Origin: Bdellovibrio sp.
Lineage (GTDB): Bacteria; Bdellovibrionota; Bdellovibrionia; Bdellovibrionales; Bdellovibrionaceae
Assembly: GCA_046318155.1 (NCBI GenBank)
Contig: JBKCUU010000116.1
Coordinates: 1 to 14,979, forward strand
Length of the DNA: 14,979 bases
Direction: 5' to 3'
Part shown: piece by piece, positions 5,865 through 14,012 of the stretch
Numbering within the stretch: the stretch's first letter is position 1
Layout of the letters: each line of letters starts with the position of its first letter
Translations under genes and position numbers: made by a program
The notes under the pieces: model-generated
Told to the model about the DNA's origin: nothing
Databases searched by the model: none
The model's input: the letters and a program-made list of their open reading frames with translations, nothing else

Positions 5865-8317
5865 TTTGCGATTTGATTCATGGCTTCAAGTGGGGTCTTA
5901 CCTTGGAGCGGAAAATTACGAATTCCCGTCGCCAACTCTTGAAGTTTTGGATCAAGCTCCTGATTCTTAGCTTCGATGGTCTCAGAATCGGTCGGAACTT
6001 GAAACAAAGAAAGCTGCGAATCCGATTTTTTCGATTCGATCCCTTTGAGAACCTCGGCCGCGCGTTTTGTGACTTCCGAAGGAAGTCCCGCGAGCTTAGC
6101 GACCTGTATCCCGTAGGATTTCAGCGCGGGGCCATTTGTCAGAGTGTGCAAGAAGCGGATTTCACCGCCGCGGTCCGTGACCGTCATATGCGCATTGGTT
6201 AGACCTGCGTACTTCAAATCTAAATTCGTCAACTCATGGTAGTGGGTCGCAAAGAGCGTGAGCGCCTTTTGCTTTTCGAGCAAATATTCCAAGATGGCCT
6301 GCGCCAAACTCATCCCATCAAAGGTACTGGTGCCGCGGCCAATTTCATCAAAAATGACCAGGCTCTGCGGCGACATTTTTTTAAGAATTTCGGCCGTCTC
6401 GGTCATCTCGACCATAAAGGTCGAAAGGCCCTCACTCAGTTGGTCGCTGGCCCCAATGCGCGTAAAGATTTGATCAAAGAGCGGAAGCTCAGCTTTTGTC
6501 GCCGGGACAAAACTTCCAACCTGCGCCATCAGCGCCGTTAAGGCCACTTGGCGCATGATCGTGCTCTTACCCGCCATATTAGGACCCGTCAGCAAGATGC
6601 AGCCGCCTTCGGGCATTTCGATGTCATTGACGACAAAATCTTCGACGAAAGACTCCACAACCAAGTGCCGACTTCCCGTTAACTTCAGTGCGTTTTGGTT
6701 CAGAAATTTTGGACGCGTGAGTTTTCGCTCGACCGCAAGCCACGCCATAGACGTCAAAACGTCCAGTTCGGCCGATCGACTTGCAAGCTTCAAAAACCCT
6801 GCAGCTTCTGCCAAAACTTGCTTGCGCAGATTTTCAAATATTTCGTACTCGACATCATTGCGTCTTGTCTGCGCCGACAACACTTTTTTCTCAAGCTCGA
6901 CCAACTCGTCGGTACAGTATCGCTCAGCATTGGCGAGGGTTTGTTTGCGCAAATAGTGCGCAGGAACCTTATCTTTGTGCGTGTTGGTGATTTCGATATA
7001 ATAGCCAAAAACTTGATTGTAACGAATCTTGAGCGAACTAATTCCGCTCGACTCGCGTTCGCGCGCCTCGAGTTTTTCAAGCAGTGACTGAGAGTCCGTC
7101 GAAAGAATAATCAATTCATCCAACTCAGGTTGGTAACCTTGACGGATCAAGTACCCTTGCCGGATTTGCAAGGGCGGTTCATCCACCAGGGTCCGGTCAA
7201 TGTCGTCACAGAGTTGGTGTAACCTTGAAAACCAAGATTCATTGGCCTTTGCGATCTCGAGGGCACGCAAACCTGCGCGGGCAGAATCTCGAATCGATTG
7301 CAAATCCCGGGCATTGCATGAAGGCTGACCGACTTTGCTCAGCCGACGCTCAAGATCACCCATTCCGCGCAAAGCTTCGCGAACTTTTTGCAGTGGACTT
7401 AAATTGTGCGTCCAGTGCTCAACTTTGTCGTGCCGAAACTTAATGTCCTCGGCATCCAAAAGCGGAAATGAAATCCACTGGCGCAAAAGCCGACCGCCGA
7501 TCGAAGTCTGCGTGCGATCGATGGCCTGATAAAAACTTCCGCCCAGATCACCTTTGTAGGTTTGAAAGATCTCGAGGTGCCGGAGCGTCGTTGGAGACAG
7601 GCTCATTCGGCCCTTGAGAGTTCGGCGCTCGAAAGGTTTGATGATAAGCCTTGACGTCTCACCCGCGAGCGAGCGGACATAGCCAAGCAAGCGGCGGAGG
7701 GCCGGCAAATCAAATCCCGCAAGCACGGGTTCATCTGGGTTGACGAGCCTATCACAAACACTCAAGACGGCTGCTTGCGGTTTCAAATCCCCGGTTTGAC
7801 CGGCATCAATGACCCACTCGGCGATCGGCAAAAGTCCGATCAGTCGTTTGGCCTCTTCGAGCGTGAGGTTCTCAAAGAAAAACGCCTCGCCCGTGGTGAC
7901 ATCCAGGGCCGCAAAAACATGATTTTCGAAGATGGCCAGGTAATGCGAGCGCGAGGTTTCGAGCGTCTCGGGATCCAAAACCATTCCGGGTGTGAGAATG
8001 CGTGTGACCGCGCGTTTGACAATCCCTTTTGCCAATTTAGGATCTTCGATCTGATCGCACATTGCGACCTTTAAGCCCCGAGCCAAAAGTTTATTGATTT
8101 GACCCGCAATCGATTGGTGCGGGACTCCGCACATTGGCGTCTCATCCTGCGATTTTTTATTCCGAGACGTGAGTGCAATCCCCAGAAGCGGAGCCGCCGT
8201 GACCGCATCATCAAAAAACATTTCGTAAAAATCACCCATGCGAAACAAGAGGATCTTATCCATGTGCATGGATTTTATTTCCCAATACTGGCGCATGAGC
8301 GGGGTCGCTTCTTTCAT
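5819..8317 (-). CDS. mutS: DNA mismatch repair protein MutS
   Basis: TPLMRQY, FRMGDFYEMF (mismatch-binding F-x-E), Walker A GPNMAGKST, STFMVEM, Walker B region DEIGRGTS, FATHYHEL, SYGIQVA and a C-terminal beta-clamp motif QLSLF. Confidence 0.98.
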   Translation of the reverse strand: MKEATPLMRQYWEIKSMHMDKILLFRMGDFYEMFFDDAVTAAPLLGIALTSRNKKSQDETPMCGVPHQSIAGQINKLLARGLKVAMCDQIEDPKLAKGIVKRAVTRILTPGMVLDPETLETSRSHYLAIFENHVFAALDVTTGEAFFFENLTLEEAKRLIGLLPIAEWVIDAGQTGDLKPQAAVLSVCDRLVNPDEPVLAGFDLPALRRLLGYVRSLAGETSRLIIKPFERRTLKGRMSLSPTTLRHLEIFQTYKGDLGGSFYQAIDRTQTSIGGRLLRQWISFPLLDAEDIKFRHDKVEHWTHNLSPLQKVREALRGMGDLERRLSKVGQPSCNARDLQSIRDSARAGLRALEIAKANESWFSRLHQLCDDIDRTLVDEPPLQIRQGYLIRQGYQPELDELIILSTDSQSLLEKLEARERESSGISSLKIRYNQVFGYYIEITNTHKDKVPAHYLRKQTLANAERYCTDELVELEKKVLSAQTRRNDVEYEIFENLRKQVLAEAAGFLKLASRSAELDVLTSMAWLAVERKLTRPKFLNQNALKLTGSRHLVVESFVEDFVVNDIEMPEGGCILLTGPNMAGKSTIMRQVALTALMAQVGSFVPATKAELPLFDQIFTRIGASDQLSEGLSTFMVEMTETAEILKKMSPQSLVIFDEIGRGTSTFDGMSLAQAILEYLLEKQKALTLFATHYHELTNLDLKYAGLTNAHMTVTDRGGEIRFLHTLTNGPALKSYGIQVAKLAGLPSEVTKRAAEVLKGIESKKSDSQLSLFQVPTDSETIEAKNQELDPKLQELATGIRNFPLQGKTPLEAMNQIAKWQDMISSTSLDLNH

Positions 8318-8421
8318 CCTTTTAGGAGTAGAAACAAGGCCGTCTCAAGTCACTTTCTGATGCTCGCCGTTACGAGGAATCGGTCTCGGCTTTGAAGTCG
8401 ATGGGCTGTTTATGCTGAAAC

Positions 8422-9147
8422 TTAAGGCAATTCCGAGAGCATTTGGCGCCCCTCACGAAGTCCGGCCTGGGCCCAGCTCTGCCAAGCCACGGCACTTTGT
8501 TCGGCATCCTGAACAAGGACGGGCGCATGAAACTCGATATGAGCTTTGAGCCCCTGAGTTTTCATGAGGGCACTCAGGTGCGGCAGCAAGGCATCCTGAC
8601 CGATAAAGGCCACAAGCCTTGAGGGCTCGTAACGAATCCGAAAGGGCTGTATCCAGCAAGCCTCTTGTTTTGCGATCTCAAAAACACCGCGGCGCCATGG
8701 CTTGGCCTCATCAAGACTGGTTGTTCCCGATGGAAAGACTGCGATGCGCTTGCCTTGAAGAAGACCTTCGGCCACCGCTCCGCGTGCCGCCTTGCGGTGC
8801 TGACTGGATTCGCGGTGAACAAAAATCGTATCCATGGCCCTGGCACCATCACCAAACAAAGGCCAATCTCCGATTTCTTTTTTTGCGACAAAGCTGATTC
8901 TGGGCGCCGCGGCCATCAAAAGTGGAATATCTAAATAGCTGAGATGATTGCCAACAAAGAGAAGCCCGGGTTTTTCGGAAACAAGACCCGTGATCTGAAC
9001 CTGCAGCCCGACCCGCTCAAGCATCTCTTCGGCCCAGAGTTGCTTGAGTTGGGCCAAGTCAGCGCCCCCTTGCCTTGAGCGGCGAAGGTAACCGTAGGTC
9101 CGAGTACAAATTGAAAGCGTCTTTTTTGCGGCTATTAAGCTTTGCAT
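8422..9147 (-). CDS. PlsC/OlsA-like lysolipid acyltransferase
   Basis: Catalytic NHLSYLD (HX4D), FVAKKEI..WP.FG, and variant block III FPSGTTS (canonical FPEGT). Confidence 0.88.
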   Translation of the reverse strand: MQSLIAAKKTLSICTRTYGYLRRSRQGGADLAQLKQLWAEEMLERVGLQVQITGLVSEKPGLLFVGNHLSYLDIPLLMAAAPRISFVAKKEIGDWPLFGDGARAMDTIFVHRESSQHRKAARGAVAEGLLQGKRIAVFPSGTTSLDEAKPWRRGVFEIAKQEACWIQPFRIRYEPSRLVAFIGQDALLPHLSALMKTQGLKAHIEFHAPVLVQDAEQSAVAWQSWAQAGLREGRQMLSELP

Positions 9148-9200
9148 GTCTCGATGTTAGAACAAATCGAAAGAAGCAAATGTTGAGATTTGGTTAGATT

Positions 9201-10625
9201 CTACCGACGAGCCAGGCCCGATAGGAGCTTCTGATAAATTCCATCAAAGCCCCCATTGCTCATGATCAAGATGCCATCCCCGGGTTTTGATTGCTGCAAT
9301 AAATAGCCAACAATTTCATCGGCCGATGTAAAGACCCCCGCCTTGCCGCCTCTTGCCTTCAGCTCTGCGACCAATTCGTCGGAAGAGAATCGATCTCCCG
9401 CATCAATTTTGCTTTGGTCAAAAGCCTGCGCTATCAACGTCTCGTGAGCGCCCGAAAATGCAGTCAAATAATCTTGCTGAAACACCTTGCGGCGCGAAGT
9501 CGCCGAGCGAGGCTCAAAAACGCTAAAGAACTTCTTCTTTGGATACTTGGCCTGAATACCCAGAATGGTCTCACGGACGGCTGTTGGGTGATGGGCAAAA
9601 TCCTCGATGACCAAAACCCCGCCCGGCTCGCCCAGAACTTCTTGTCTTCGTTTGACCCCGGCAAAGGTTAAGAGACCTTCTTTGACTTTGTCTTTTGCTA
9701 ACTCCAAAGAATCGGCCAACGCCAAACACGCAAGGGCATTCAAAACATTGTAACGCCCGCCCATTTTTGTCTTAAAAATTTCACCCGTCGGCTGACTTTT
9801 TTTGATCAACTCAAACTCGGTCCCCGCATCGTTCATCTGAATCACGCGCGCCTGGTAATCCCCTTTTTCGATGCCATAGGAGACTTGTCGCTTGCAGAGG
9901 CAAGCGGGCAAAATATCTTGAATGTTTTTTTCTTCCGCGCAGTAGATGAGCGTCCCATCAGTTGGGATCAACTTCAGCAACTGCGTGAACGCCGCTTTCA
10001 CTGCATTTAAATCGAGGTAAATATCGGCGTGGTCAAATTCTATCGACGTCAAAATCACATGGCGGGGTCGGTAATGGATAAACTTAGGGACCTTATCAAA
10101 ATACGCAGTGTCGTATTCATCGCCTTCAATCACAAAATATTGACCATTAGGATTCTGAAAACTTTTCGAAAAGTTTTTTGGAATTCCACCGATCAAGAAC
10201 CCAGGCTTCAGGCCCTGCACTTCACAAATCCAACTCATCATGCTCGTCGTCGTTGTCTTGCCGTGCGTTCCCGCAACGACGATAGCCTCGCGGCCCGCAA
10301 TGATAAACTCGCCCATCGCTTTTGGCAGAGAGGTGTAAGGAACTTGAAGCCGCACAAGCTCTTGCGCTTCTTCATTGTTGGCCGAGATCACGTTTCCAAC
10401 AATGACAAAGTCAGGCACGGGATCAAGATTCCGTGCCGAGTAACCCTTGACAACGGGAATACCCAGACTCTCCAGCTGAGTCGACATCGGCGGATATGGA
10501 GCCGAGTCCGAGCCCGTTACTTTAAACCCACGATCCTGCAAAAGGCCGGCAAGACTGGCCATGGCCGTCCCGCAGATCCCGATTAAATGAATATGGTGTC
10601 CAGGTTTAAGTTCCGAAATTTGCAT
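9201..10625 (-). CDS. mpl: UDP-N-acetylmuramate:L-alanyl-gamma-D-glutamyl-meso-diaminopimelate ligase (murein peptide ligase)
   Basis: HIHLIGICGTAMASLA, GSD..PYPPMSTQL, P-loop GTHGKTTT, IEGDEYDTAYFDK.PKF.HY.P, EFDHADIY, DFAHHPTA, FEPRS and the C-terminal MSNGGF.GI..KL, which is typical of Mpl rather than MurC. Confidence 0.93.
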   Translation of the reverse strand: MQISELKPGHHIHLIGICGTAMASLAGLLQDRGFKVTGSDSAPYPPMSTQLESLGIPVVKGYSARNLDPVPDFVIVGNVISANNEEAQELVRLQVPYTSLPKAMGEFIIAGREAIVVAGTHGKTTTTSMMSWICEVQGLKPGFLIGGIPKNFSKSFQNPNGQYFVIEGDEYDTAYFDKVPKFIHYRPRHVILTSIEFDHADIYLDLNAVKAAFTQLLKLIPTDGTLIYCAEEKNIQDILPACLCKRQVSYGIEKGDYQARVIQMNDAGTEFELIKKSQPTGEIFKTKMGGRYNVLNALACLALADSLELAKDKVKEGLLTFAGVKRRQEVLGEPGGVLVIEDFAHHPTAVRETILGIQAKYPKKKFFSVFEPRSATSRRKVFQQDYLTAFSGAHETLIAQAFDQSKIDAGDRFSSDELVAELKARGGKAGVFTSADEIVGYLLQQSKPGDGILIMSNGGFDGIYQKLLSGLARR

Positions 10626-10628
10626 TGC

Positions 10629-11687
10629 TTAAGCCCTTCTCAAGCCTTCGATAATCCAATTGTGAATTTGCGGTCTTAACTTGGCAAAATCCATGAGGTC
10701 TTTGCCTAAAAACACGCGGTTGCTTAAAATGACGACCAAGAGATCGCTCGCAGGATCGAACCAAAAAGAAGTTCCAGTAAAACCCGTGTGACCAATCGAG
10801 TACGGAGAAAAATAATCGCCCGAAGTTGAACTCCCAGGTGTGGGCATTGAGTAGCCCATCGCCCAGTCACCGCGCCCCAAAGGCAAGGCTCGGTTCATAA
10901 AAATCTTGGCTGTCTTTAATCGAACTTGGATTCGCGAAATTCCCAGCAACTGACTGCGCAAGAAAAGCCCGGTCCAAGACACATCATCGACACTGCCAAA
11001 AAGACCCGCGTGCGCCGTCACGCCGCCAAGGGCCCAGCTGTTTTGATCGTGCACTTCGCCCTGAATCAGCTTGCCGCGCCAAGGATCACGATCTGTTGGC
11101 GCGTAGAAGCGCACGGGGTTTGGCGTAATATTGCCGGGGTGAAAATCCAGAGTACTGACGCCTGAATAAAACTTTTCCTTCAACGATTTCCAAACATCGA
11201 GCAAAGGTTTTTGCTCAATGACCTCAAGGCAATATCCCAGCACCAAAAATCCAATGTCCGAGTAAACCGCCGAGGTGGCCTTTTCATACGGCAGCTCGCG
11301 AATCATGCTTTTGAGTTGCTCAAACCGAGCTTCCACCGGTTTATTCAAATCTAAGTGATTATAAAAATCATGCCACCAAGGCAGGCCGCTCGTGTGGGTC
11401 AGACAATTCACAACCAACACATCGGAGTGCGGAAACCAAGGCAAAAGCTCAGAGACTTTTGTGTCGAGCTTCCATTTGCCTTCATCATAGGCTTTCATCA
11501 AAGCGGTGGCGGTGAAAAAAGCTTTCGTGATGCTGGCAAGATCATAGTAGGCGAAGGTTTCACCAACCGCGATATCGCAGATTTTGCGGCCCTGCTGATG
11601 GACCTGAACCTGAATCCCAGGAGCCGCCCCTGGCAAACGCTCTGCTATTTTTTTTACAAGTTTTTCTTCAAATGCTGAAAATCTCAT
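10629..11687 (-). CDS. Beta-lactamase/PBP-fold serine hydrolase (AmiE/YfeW-like), cytoplasmic
   Basis: SxxK motif DLASITK, LTHTSGLP, YSD (YxN position), GEVHDQN...GGVTAHAGLF, GHTGFTGT. No signal peptide. ATGA overlap with the upstream gene. Confidence 0.85.
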   Translation of the reverse strand: MRFSAFEEKLVKKIAERLPGAAPGIQVQVHQQGRKICDIAVGETFAYYDLASITKAFFTATALMKAYDEGKWKLDTKVSELLPWFPHSDVLVVNCLTHTSGLPWWHDFYNHLDLNKPVEARFEQLKSMIRELPYEKATSAVYSDIGFLVLGYCLEVIEQKPLLDVWKSLKEKFYSGVSTLDFHPGNITPNPVRFYAPTDRDPWRGKLIQGEVHDQNSWALGGVTAHAGLFGSVDDVSWTGLFLRSQLLGISRIQVRLKTAKIFMNRALPLGRGDWAMGYSMPTPGSSTSGDYFSPYSIGHTGFTGTSFWFDPASDLLVVILSNRVFLGKDLMDFAKLRPQIHNWIIEGLRRA

Positions 11688-12640
11688 CTCTCACCTATGT
11701 TCACCTGAACGTGACCTGCGTCCACTTGCAGTTGATTCTTAAAAATAGAGGCCTTTGTCAAAAAGGGCATCGTTCGCTGTCTCTCGCCGTGCCCCACATC
11801 AACTCCACGAAAAACCGGGATCTTGATATCTTCGGCAAACCTTTTGAGAGCAAAATCGACAAAGCTTTTTTCTGGCTGACCAGGTTCAGCGCCGCCAAGA
11901 AAGTGTCCAAAAACGATCGCCTTGCACCCCTTCAGAACTTGGGCCTGTTTAAAATGTTCGAACATTCGATCCAGTCGGTAGCCGCGCTCACCGAGGTCTT
12001 CCAAAAACAAAATTCGGTCTTTGATGTTGGGTGGCAAAGCCGTGCCAATCAAACTTTGCATCGTCGTCAGATTGCCACCTAAAACTGCCCCTTGAATTTT
12101 AGATTTTTTCAAGGCCGACTTGTTCAATGGCTCAAGATCAGCAAAGACAATTTCAGAAAGTTCACCAAACACCAGTTGCCGAAGCTCTTCAACAAACTCG
12201 ACAGGCAGTGTCCCGCTCCCCAGTCTTTCAAGGATCGGACCATGCAGTGTGGACCATTTCCACTTTTGATTGAGTAAAAAGTGCAGCGTCGTGTTATCAG
12301 AAATACCGATAAACATTTTTGGCTGAGGCGGCGCTTTTTTCTTCAAAAGCAGAGGCAGTAGGCGGTTAGCGCCATAACCGCCGCGAACACACCAAACGGC
12401 TGAGGAGTCTTTGGCGCGCAAGGCACGGTCCAAAAACTCAAAGCGTTTTGCATCTGTATGCGCGTGAAACTCAAACGGAACAATCAAGTCTTGTGGACGG
12501 CGCACGCGCAAGCCCCAGGACTCGAGCAAAAGGATCCCTTTACCAAGGTTTTCTTCATGCGCTGAATAGCCCGGCGCGACCAGGTCGACCAAGTCCCCTT
12601 TTTTAAGGGAGCGCCATCTTAGAGTTCGGAAGCGAGTCAT
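11684..12640 (-). CDS. ldcA: LD-carboxypeptidase, peptidase family S66
   Basis: RGGYG, GISDNT (Ser), HGP, GGNL, FLEDLGE..YRLDRM (Glu) and GHG (His) give a complete S66 triad. Context next to mpl supports a muramyl-tetrapeptide carboxypeptidase. Confidence 0.88.
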   Translation of the reverse strand: MTRFRTLRWRSLKKGDLVDLVAPGYSAHEENLGKGILLLESWGLRVRRPQDLIVPFEFHAHTDAKRFEFLDRALRAKDSSAVWCVRGGYGANRLLPLLLKKKAPPQPKMFIGISDNTTLHFLLNQKWKWSTLHGPILERLGSGTLPVEFVEELRQLVFGELSEIVFADLEPLNKSALKKSKIQGAVLGGNLTTMQSLIGTALPPNIKDRILFLEDLGERGYRLDRMFEHFKQAQVLKGCKAIVFGHFLGGAEPGQPEKSFVDFALKRFAEDIKIPVFRGVDVGHGERQRTMPFLTKASIFKNQLQVDAGHVQVNIGER

Positions 12641-14012
12641 TCTCTAAGGGTGTCGGATATTTGGAATCAAAGCAAGCAGCACAGAACTGCGAAGACTGAC
12701 TTTGCAGACCTTGAAACATGCCCTGCAGTGACAGGTACGACAAACTGTCAGCCTCGATAAACTGCCTGATTTCTGCAAGACTTTGGTTGGCTGCGATCAA
12801 ATGACTTTTTTGAGGAGTGTCCACGCCGTAGTAACAGGGCCCGATGGTCGGCGGACTCGCAATGCGCATATGCACTTGTTTTGCGCCTGCCTGGCGGATC
12901 AGTCGAATGATCTTCTGACTCGTTGTTCCGCGAACCAGACTATCATCAACCACGATCACACGTTTTCCAGCTAACACCGCGCTTTGTGGGTTGAGTTTGA
13001 TTTTCACACCAAACGCCCGGATAGATTGGGCCGGCTGAATAAAGGTCCGGCCGACGTAATGATTGCGAATAATTCCAAACTCAAAAGGGATCCCCGACTC
13101 CGTCGAGTAACCCAGCGCACTCGGAACACCCGAATCGGGCACCGGGATGACAACATCGGCCTCAACCGGATTTTCTTTGGCGAGCCAGCGGCCGAACTGC
13201 TTGCGTGATTCGTAAACAGAACGACCAAACACAATTGAATCTGGCCGAGCAAAGTAAACATGTTCAAAAACACACCGCGAAAGTCGGGCGGCTTTTGCAA
13301 AAATCTCAGAGTGGGTCCCGTTATCATCGATCCAAAAGATTTCACCGGGCTCAATTTCACGGATGTACTTTGCACCGATCAGATCGAGAGCACAGGTTTC
13401 GCTCGCCACGATATAAGAGGTCTGGCCCTTATCGTTTGCTTTCGTTCCCAAGACCAAAGGCCGAAAGCCATGCGGATCCCTGACCGCAACCAGTCGATCA
13501 TGCGTCATCACAACCAACGAGTAAGCGCCAACGACCTCGGCCAAACTGCGCTTAAGCGCTTCGACGATTTCGTTTGTATCGGTTCGCGAGATCAGGTGCA
13601 AAAAACATTCGGTGTCAGAACTGCCCGTAAAGATAGCACCGGTTTCTTTCAGCTGGCGCCGGATCCCATCGGCATTGACGATGTTTCCATTGTGCGCGAG
13701 TGCCACTGGACCGTTCAGCAGATTTGCCGCCAGTGGCTGCGCATTCGCCATTGAATTTTGCCCCGTTGTCGAGTAGCGAACGTGCCCAATGGCTGCGTCG
13801 CCAACAAGTCGATTTAGATCGTGTTCTTTAAAAACATCACCGACCAACCCAAGACCCTTATGAAGGATGTGCTCTCCAGAGCGCATCGAAACAATTCCCG
13901 CAGATTCTTGCCCACGGTGTTGCATGGCATAGAGTCCCAAGTAAGCAAGCCTTGCCGCTTCTTCGTGATTCCAGACGCCCATGACCGCACATTCTTCACG
14001 AAATCCCGTCAA
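12603..14012 (-). CDS. purF: Amidophosphoribosyltransferase (propeptide and Fe-S type)
   Basis: EEC nucleophile, QHRGQESAG, GHVRYST, HNGN, SDTE, CVFEHVYFARPD, VPDSG, PRPP motif VVDDSLVRGTT, PCYYGVD, CAAC. Start probably TTG 14012 (GGAGGT 4 nt upstream) rather than ATG 14033. Confidence 0.97.
   Translation of the reverse strand: MTGFREECAVMGVWNHEEAARLAYLGLYAMQHRGQESAGIVSMRSGEHILHKGLGLVGDVFKEHDLNRLVGDAAIGHVRYSTTGQNSMANAQPLAANLLNGPVALAHNGNIVNADGIRRQLKETGAIFTGSSDTECFLHLISRTDTNEIVEALKRSLAEVVGAYSLVVMTHDRLVAVRDPHGFRPLVLGTKANDKGQTSYIVASETCALDLIGAKYIREIEPGEIFWIDDNGTHSEIFAKAARLSRCVFEHVYFARPDSIVFGRSVYESRKQFGRWLAKENPVEADVVIPVPDSGVPSALGYSTESGIPFEFGIIRNHYVGRTFIQPAQSIRAFGVKIKLNPQSAVLAGKRVIVVDDSLVRGTTSQKIIRLIRQAGAKQVHMRIASPPTIGPCYYGVDTPQKSHLIAANQSLAEIRQFIEADSLSYLSLQGMFQGLQSQSSQFCAACFDSKYPTPLENDSLPNSKMALP

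Noticed and set aside
10029..10586. 185-aa plus-strand ORF
   Set aside because: Lies wholly antisense to mpl and has no protein-family features.
9201..10625. Calling this murC
   Set aside because: It has Mpl-type motifs (GICGTAM, YPPMS, FDK.PKF.HY, MSNGGF) and lies outside a dcw cluster.
10629..11687. Calling this an AmpC beta-lactamase resistance gene
   Set aside because: No signal peptide, YSD and HTG instead of YxN and KTG, and a peptidoglycan-recycling context.
11684..12640. Calling this MccF microcin immunity protein (also family S66)
   Set aside because: No microcin genes nearby. Coupling to mpl favours an LD-carboxypeptidase.
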